The translations under genes were made by a program, and so were the position numbers. From an uncultured Eubacteriales bacterium (GTDB taxonomy: Bacteria; Bacillota; Clostridia; Oscillospirales; CAG-272): a stretch of 64,000 nucleotides of DNA. Where the stretch lies: positions 8,595 to 72,594 of the forward strand of contig CATKFO010000047.1 in NCBI GenBank assembly GCA_949747515.1. Reading direction: 5' to 3'. Under the pieces are notes generated by a model. That model did no database searches. It was not told where the DNA came from and worked only from the letters and a program-made list of their open reading frames with translations. Positions 57,223 to 64,000 of this stretch are shown here, in pieces (position 1 is the first letter of the stretch; each line of letters begins with the position of its first letter).

Positions 57223-57357
57223 GGCAAATACTTATTTAAACTGGATTTACAGTCACTCCCATGGAGCAGATCGTTGGCTTATTCAACATCGCGTTAGCGG
57301 AGGCGGCCTGATCAACGCAGGCGCTTCTACGCAGACAAACTTCACGGTACAGATACG

Positions 57358-57491
57358 TCAATTTCCGTGAATAAACCCACAGACCAGTATATTGCAACCG
57401 TTTTCAATTAAACGAATATAATGCTCGCCGACATTTATTTTTTCAGCAAGTTGTACTCTCGTCATGCTTAACGCCTGACTTTTGAAACAAA
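57358..57491 (-). pseudogene. XRE-family HTH gene remnant (N-terminally truncated and frameshifted)
   Basis: The minus strand reads ...FKSQALSMTRVQLAEKINVGEHYIRLIENG, then a stop after 12 more codons. The expected continuation (SVGLFTEIDVSVP) appears in another frame. The N-terminus is cut off by the stop of the gene at 57492. Confidence 0.4.
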
Positions 57492-58214
57492 TCAAATGAA
57501 TTTTATACCGCCGAAATCCGTAAGCATATCGTCGGACAATGAGGCTATGTTAAATCCGTGAGACGATAATTTCTCGCAAATTCTTTCCCCGTCCGGATGG
57601 AGCATAATATTTCCAAAAAAATAAGCAGTTTTCCCGCATATTCCAGAAGCGCCTCCGATAAATCCTGTGTTATATCCGTTAATACGCACGCCTCCTTCAT
57701 TAATACGCAAGGTATCGTATCCGCGCGACTCGACCGAGCGCAAAATAGAAGGATCGGCGGATATTACGCAGTTTCCGGCTACAAGAGCAGAGCATGCGGA
57801 ATATCCTTGTTTCACTCTGACAGAAGTCATTCCAAGCCGCTTCGCTTCTGAAAGTATTTCCGGCGCGGTACGCTCGGTAAGAGAAAATATATGATTTTGC
57901 GTTACAAGAACGTTAAAGCCTATATCGGACGGATACTTTAAGCCTCTGTCCGCATTGGACGTTTCAAGCGTAAGTCCTCCCGACGAAGCTATACGCTTAA
58001 TCGTTTCGGCGTGCTCGTTATAGTAAGACAGCGGAACAAACAGCTTTTCGCCTAGAATACAAAATATCATATCAGGATGAGATGAAACGGGAGCGTCGAG
58101 CAGTCCGTCGGGTTCGATCAATATAGTTTTAATTAAACCGCCGCTATACGCTTCGAGTCTCTCAGCGTATTTTTTCGCCATAACCGATATAATAGCCGTT
58201 TTTTGTTTATGCAT
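57492..58214 (-). CDS. DUF6873-like GME-fold (guanidino-group-modifying-enzyme fold) protein
   Basis: Preferred start is ATG at 58214 (MHKQKTAIIS). HPDM, YNTGFIGGASG and a C-terminal GGIKF are recalled from DUF6873 family members. Confidence 0.45.
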   Translation of the reverse strand: MHKQKTAIISVMAKKYAERLEAYSGGLIKTILIEPDGLLDAPVSSHPDMIFCILGEKLFVPLSYYNEHAETIKRIASSGGLTLETSNADRGLKYPSDIGFNVLVTQNHIFSLTERTAPEILSEAKRLGMTSVRVKQGYSACSALVAGNCVISADPSILRSVESRGYDTLRINEGGVRINGYNTGFIGGASGICGKTAYFFGNIMLHPDGERICEKLSSHGFNIASLSDDMLTDFGGIKFI

Positions 58215-58411
58215 AGCGCGTATCCTAATAGTTCTTCTTAATTTATACGTTTTTCTCTTCACGACGGAGTTAACGAATAAAAGCCTCCCATAATTAACTT
58301 TAGTTAGCTTTAACGTCAGTTAATCGGAAGGCTTTTTAGATTAAACAGCGGGACGTATGTAAATCTGCGAATCCCGTACTGTTATTAAATAGTACGAACT
58401 GTCGAGGCTAA

Positions 58412-59827
<1,416 letters not shown>

Positions 59828-60011
59828 TTATAAAAAATATACTTTATTTCCATTCTATTTTAATTTTATCCTCCTTATTGAAGTGTAAAAATATACGCTT
59901 ATACGATAAAACAATCATAATTATTCAGATTCAATATCGACTTCCCGTTGCGAAAAAAACAAACGGGGTGTATAATATAAAAATAAAATAATATAGCAAG
60001 GACGTGCAAAG

Positions 60012-61982
60012 ATGTTCGATATACTCATGGAGGCATGGAAAAGGCCGGGGAGTTCCGTGTCTCCGATATACAGATTAAAATTATCGGGGGACAGCGCCGC
60101 AAATATAGAATCTGAGATCAGCAGGCTTCACAAATGCGGAGTAAACTCCTTAATGATCTATACGGAATGCGAAAAGCTTGAAGAAGGCGTTGTTAAGTCT
60201 GTTTTTGAATCAGCTAAACTGCGCTATATGATCGTATACGCTGACGAAAGCTGCATATGCGCCGATACTGGATGTTCAGACTTTAAAATTACAGAAAGCA
60301 ACCCGTTGTTTGCGGAACGATCCCTCGCTCCTCACGGATATGAAAAATCATTATACGACGAAGAAGTTTCAATTTTTTCAAACAAAACAATAGCTCCGCT
60401 TAACGTCGGCGCTGGAAGCAATCGAATAGACGTTCTTAATCCATACGCTTGCGACGCCTATCTGTACGGAACCTTCGACGCCTTTTTCAGCAAACATAAA
60501 GACTTCGTCGGAGACGTCTTAGCCGGAGTCGTAACCGACAGACTTGAAAGCGTTATAAAAAGAAACAATATTATTTGGACGTACGATCTTGAGCAGGAAT
60601 TCTATTCTGCCGGAGGAGACGACCGCATGCTTCTTTCCATTCTTTCATCCACGGGCGATAAGCGAGTAGAAAAAGAGGCGAAAAGGATATATTGGTCGAC
60701 TATCGCTTCTCGGGTAGAAAAATCTTTTACAATTCCATTATCTCAGAGATGCATAAAACTAAACGTCGATCTATGCGGCCGCGTTCCCTATGAACTGACG
60801 TCGTCGTCTGGAAGACATTTTACGCTTCCTATCGTCTCCGCAAGCAAGCTTCCAAAGGACGCCGACAAATCAATGGGAACATATGTAAAGGCCGTTTCCG
60901 ACATATCAAGGCACAACGGCGGCAAAGGAGCCGCGTTTGCTATTGAATCCGAATCAATGTCTACGGAAGAAACGGCGATCAAGGCGATCGACGCCGCGCT
61001 GCATTCCGCCGCTAAAGTTATATTGCCCGACGGATTTTTCGATGAAGAAAAATTATCTATAATTAAATTGTCTCCGGCAGATTTAAAAATGTTCTGCGAA
61101 TTTGTCGGCCGCTATTTTACCCTAAATTCAGCCTGCCGAGTTTTTCCGAATAGCAGAAACGCCGTTCTAACAGACGACGAGTTTATACCGTTCTCAGGAT
61201 ATGAAAAGCTCGCCTCTCTTGGAATTGAATGCAATTTCATTTCAAAAAGCCAGCTTATGGACCGCGCTCATATTCATAACGGAGAAATAAACATAGATAA
61301 ATACTCCTATACAACCCTTTTTATTGATCCGCGTATAAGGTTATCTCCCGAGGAAGTCATGAAGATCGGACGATTTGCCGCCGACGGCGGAAAGATGTTT
61401 AGAGGAAGCGGCTTTGACAAGTATGTGAAAAATATTATAAAAGATAAACCCTGCGCTCTCCCAAAGGGGATCGATTGTAAGACTACGATAAAATCAGGAA
61501 TAACTTTTACTCACCTTGCCAATCATACCAGGGAATCGGCGCTTGTTGCGCTCCCGGTTGATTCTAAAAACCGTTATTACCTTCTTGATGCAAACGACGG
61601 AAGAGCTTTTGAAAATACCTCGCGCAATGGAGAATATTCTTTTTATATTCCCGCTCTCAGCAGCATAGTCGTCGCAATCGTTTCTGAAAAAATAAAATCT
61701 TTGCCCGATACGGAAAAACTTGAAGAAATACAGATATCTGAAATAGTAGCTTTAAATTTAGGTGAAAATACTTTGCCGAGAGCCCCCAGAGGGAATGAAA
61801 TCGCCGTATTGGAGATAGATTCCATAGACGGCGAATACTGCGACGTTACTGCTGGAAGCAATACGATCAAACTGATTCACAGACCTTTTATTGCTCGGTT
61901 GCCGAAAAACGTAAATTTTATAAAATTGGAATCAGACGGAAATCTTCGAGGGGCAAGAGTCGAAATATTTCGAATAGTATAG
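60012..61982 (+). CDS. Divergent paralogue of the 5141..8155 glycoside-hydrolase-like protein
   Basis: 656 aa. RIDVLNPYACDAYLYGTFDAFF...VLAGVVTDRLES...WTYDLEQEFY...IYWSTIASRVEKSF aligns by eye with YIDILDREVVKEFLDCTYEKY...LSGFFTDEPQY...WTNRMEEEFE...DFWTLVNRLFTESF of the larger protein. Confidence 0.5.
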   Translation: MFDILMEAWKRPGSSVSPIYRLKLSGDSAANIESEISRLHKCGVNSLMIYTECEKLEEGVVKSVFESAKLRYMIVYADESCICADTGCSDFKITESNPLFAERSLAPHGYEKSLYDEEVSIFSNKTIAPLNVGAGSNRIDVLNPYACDAYLYGTFDAFFSKHKDFVGDVLAGVVTDRLESVIKRNNIIWTYDLEQEFYSAGGDDRMLLSILSSTGDKRVEKEAKRIYWSTIASRVEKSFTIPLSQRCIKLNVDLCGRVPYELTSSSGRHFTLPIVSASKLPKDADKSMGTYVKAVSDISRHNGGKGAAFAIESESMSTEETAIKAIDAALHSAAKVILPDGFFDEEKLSIIKLSPADLKMFCEFVGRYFTLNSACRVFPNSRNAVLTDDEFIPFSGYEKLASLGIECNFISKSQLMDRAHIHNGEINIDKYSYTTLFIDPRIRLSPEEVMKIGRFAADGGKMFRGSGFDKYVKNIIKDKPCALPKGIDCKTTIKSGITFTHLANHTRESALVALPVDSKNRYYLLDANDGRAFENTSRNGEYSFYIPALSSIVVAIVSEKIKSLPDTEKLEEIQISEIVALNLGENTLPRAPRGNEIAVLEIDSIDGEYCDVTAGSNTIKLIHRPFIARLPKNVNFIKLESDGNLRGARVEIFRIV

Positions 61983-62022
61983 TCCGATTTAATAAATAAG
62001 AGCATAAATTTGAAATATTCTC

Positions 62023-62051
62023 TTGCAATTTGATTTCAGGTATGGTATAAT
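62023..62051 (+). promoter_or_regulatory. Sigma-A-type promoter upstream of rpmB
   Basis: TTGCAA (62023..62028), 17 nt, then TGgTATAAT (-10 at 62046..62051). Confidence 0.6.
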
Positions 62052-62057
62052 GTGTAT

Positions 62058-62242
62058 CGCTAAGTATGTAACCACGGCTCGACGCGGCTTTTTTCGTCAA
62101 AATGATCGCGGCGTCGATCTTTCACCGGGTCTTTGATCTGCGATGAGGTTCCATTGGGCTTACGCCCTCCGGTCGTGGTTTAATTATGGGGTTCCGCCCC
62201 TTATAAAACGCATGATTTTATCATAGACGGAGGTGTATTAAC
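62058..62242 (+). promoter_or_regulatory. Structured ~185 nt 5' leader of rpmB (unassigned class)
   Basis: A 10 bp long-range helix pairs 62070..62079 with 62171..62180. GGGC-TTAC-GCCC lies at 62156..62167 and GGGG-TTCCG-CCCC at 62188..62200. Two hairpins are mutually exclusive: CGACGC/GCGTCG (62080..62085 with 62111..62116) and GATCG/CGATC (62104..62108 with 62115..62119). Confidence 0.4.
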
Positions 62243-62428
62243 ATGGCAAAATGCTCTGTTTGCGGAAAAGGCGTGACTTTCGGTCAGAATGTTTCTCACT
62301 CAAACCGCAAGACCAACAGAATGTGGAAGCCCAATATCAGACGCGTTAAAGCTGTCGTCGACGGCGCTCACAAGACTGTTTACGTATGCTCTCGCTGCCT
62401 GCGTTCCGGCAAGGTTACAAGAGCTTAA
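62243..62428 (+). CDS. rpmB: 50S ribosomal protein L28
   Basis: 61 aa. MAKCSVCGKGVTFGQNVSHSNRKTNRMWKPNI is the L28 signature. GGAGG RBS. Confidence 0.95.
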   Translation: MAKCSVCGKGVTFGQNVSHSNRKTNRMWKPNIRRVKAVVDGAHKTVYVCSRCLRSGKVTRA

Positions 62429-62463
62429 CCGGATTCCGTACAATAGGTACAAATAGGTTGATA

Positions 62464-62488
62464 AACTCCCTCTTTGAGGGGGTTTTTG
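62464..62488 (+). terminator. Intrinsic terminator after rpmB
   Basis: AAACTCCCTC-TTT-GAGGGGGTTT, then TT. Confidence 0.7.
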
Positions 62489-62554
62489 ACATTTTACTTA
62501 TATTATATCTCAAGCTATTGATATACCGCACTTTCTTTAAATAATAGAAAATTT

Positions 62555-62586
62555 AACTCCGTAGAAATTCTACGGAGTTGATTTTT
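62555..62586. terminator. Second, bidirectional-looking terminator hairpin
   Basis: AACTCCGTAG-AAATT-CTACGGAGTT is followed by GATTTTT on the plus strand and by AAATTTTCTATT on the minus strand. Confidence 0.6.
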
Positions 62587-62668
62587 CAAATCTTATATCG
62601 GCGTTCAATTTCTTGAATTACTTTTTCAGCCTCGCTTAGAGACCGCTTAATATCAGGACACATCCTGA

Positions 62669-62866
62669 TTAAAAGATAATTAAAGTCATAGTTTCGCACA
62701 TTGTTTTTCCGGATTTTAAATACTCGTATGACCTTGAATCGTTCTTAAAAATTTCCGCCGCCTTATCCGCAGTAAGTCTTTTATCATTGACTACTCGAGT
62801 CATCTGAACACGCAAAAAAGATTTCATAGGTTCTTGGCGCTTTCGTTTCATAGTCATTTTCTCCAT
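62669..62866 (-). CDS. Small XRE-like HTH protein (possibly truncated)
   Basis: 65 aa. LTADKAAEIFKNDSRSYEYLKSGK resembles an XRE HTH. ATG at 62851 has GGAG 9 nt upstream and may be the real start. A 26-codon ORF in another frame just downstream (MCPDIKRSLSEAEKVIQEIERRYKI) hints at a frameshifted longer gene. Confidence 0.4.
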   Translation of the reverse strand: MEKMTMKRKRQEPMKSFLRVQMTRVVNDKRLTADKAAEIFKNDSRSYEYLKSGKTMCETMTLIIF

Positions 62867-62905
62867 AGTTCGATATTTTTCTTAATTATGTCAAAATAAG
62901 TAATA

Positions 62906-62921
62906 GTATACCATGGTATAC
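62906..62921. promoter_or_regulatory. Perfect 16 bp palindrome, operator-like
   Basis: GTATACCATGGTATAC lies 40 nt upstream of the HTH ORF and overlaps the -35 position of a TGaCATAAT extended -10. Related (G)TATACC half-sites lie at 62522, 62981 and 63069. Confidence 0.5.
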
Positions 62922-63503
62922 GTTTCAGTATGCATTAAAAAATAATAACCTTAAGCTGCAAGCTCGTATAAATAAAAAACGTATACCGCTATGGCAGTAC
63001 AAAATAATGAAGGAATTTTAAGATCTGTATCCGGTAAAAAAGCTTATTCCCGAGTCACATAGTTTTTTTATACCACGATGAAATTGATATCATTCATTTT
63101 CTCATAGCTGATACTACCCGTCTTATATGATAATTTTTCCATAATAAAATATTTGCTGCGTCGGCGCCTGTCGCCTTGGACTTACTATAGACGTTCCTAT
63201 GTTATCGAGCATAAAGCGGGACAAAAGCAATTTTATCTTATAAACATTTCGAATTTCTAATACTAAAATCGAATTACGAAGGGGTTATTGTTAACATCAC
63301 TATCCGCGTTTTTATGATATATGACGTATCAGGAAGATTAAGCTTTCTTTTCATTATATTGTTTAATTCCAATTCATGCAAAACTTTGTTAAAGTATAAA
63401 AAACTTAAATTCTCTTTACAGGCAGCTCTAATATCAAAAACTTAAATTGAGGTTTTGTCGACTCAAGCAAATATCTGTAATATAATCCGCATTTAATGAC
63501 GGA

Positions 63504-64000
63504 TCATATGAAACCGGTATATTTATTTAAATAACTAACAATATCGTAAAGTTCTCTTAAATCCGATATTTCAAAGCCTGGTTTTGCCTTGGTATTTATT
63601 TGTTTTTTTCTATTTATCCAACAAGTTTCTATACCAACAGACTCAGGTCCAATTACATCGTCAATTAAAGAATCTCCAACGAATAATGCCTCAGATGATA
63701 AAATATTCAATTGTCGTAGGATACTTTCATAAAATTCAGCTTTGGGCTTATAAGTCGCTAACATTTCAGATGTGTATATTTTGTTAACTTTCAATTTATT
63801 GTTTCTTAGATTTTCTAACAAAGGCTTAGTATCTGTAGTAGAACCTATACATGTGACAACACTTAGCGATAATCTATCTAGGACCTCTTTGGTTTCAGGA
63901 AAGGCTATTCTTTTTCCCAATGTTTCTAACATTATACGCACGTCGCTATCTGCATTGCCTATTATGCCAAATTCATCATAAAGCTTTTTTAAATCCAAAC
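63504..64000 (-). CDS. HAD-superfamily hydrolase (partial, N-terminus beyond the right edge)
   Basis: The C-terminal part shows the KP (motif III-like) and LFVGDSLIDDVIG (motif IV) patterns. The DxD motif I is absent, so the gene must continue past 64000. Very AT-rich. Confidence 0.6.
   Translation of the reverse strand, partial: LDLKKLYDEFGIIGNADSDVRIMLETLGKRIAFPETKEVLDRLSLSVVTCIGSTTDTKPLLENLRNNKLKVNKIYTSEMLATYKPKAEFYESILRQLNILSSEALFVGDSLIDDVIGPESVGIETCWINRKKQINTKAKPGFEISDLRELYDIVSYLNKYTGFI

Noticed and set aside
56858-57227. 89 aa plus-strand and 67 aa and 62 aa minus-strand ORFs
   Set aside because: They overlap the IS5 transposase remnant or start inside the 16 bp hairpin. The only homologous-looking frame is the 65-codon transposase tail.
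62102-62143. 13-codon ORF (MIAASIFHRVFDL) inside the rpmB leader as a possible leader peptide
   Set aside because: It has no SD and no codon feature linking it to regulation. The RNA-structure explanation is more economical.

Overview
This 64 kb window looks like chromosomal DNA from an endospore-forming Firmicute, probably class Clostridia. That call is an inference from gene content: spoIIGA-sigE, cwlD, a Trp T-box, SLH proteins and a BceAB-type module. About 55 protein genes are supportable, most on the minus strand.

The core is housekeeping:
- hflX, rpmE, spoIIGA-sigE and ilvE
- aspS-hisS
- a metF / MetH-activation-domain / metH operon
- a complete trpEGDCFBA operon behind a clear Trp (UGG) T-box
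- radA, cwlD, gdhA, manA and rpmB

Accessory content is interspersed:
- a plus-strand envelope operon (GH106-like, acyltransferase-like, LtaS-like, DUF3842)
- an ECF S-component behind a long structured leader
- a long ECF-type sigma factor with a roughly 370 aa soluble C-terminal extension
- a BceAB-BceRS-type peptide-resistance module
- two AT-rich islets (about 24.5-26.1 kb and 62.5-64 kb)
- a decayed IS5-family / XRE remnant at about 56.8-57.5 kb

I saw no rRNA, tRNA or CRISPR array, and no convincing complete novel multi-gene system.

The items most worth follow-up are:
- three unassigned structured 5' leaders, upstream of the ECF S-component, metF and rpmB
- a BlaI-family repressor translationally coupled to a CoiA-like PD-(D/E)XK + wHTH protein instead of a BlaR1 sensor
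- an operator-like GTATACC palindrome array in the terminal AT-rich islet

All product calls come from reading motifs by eye. No database search was run.
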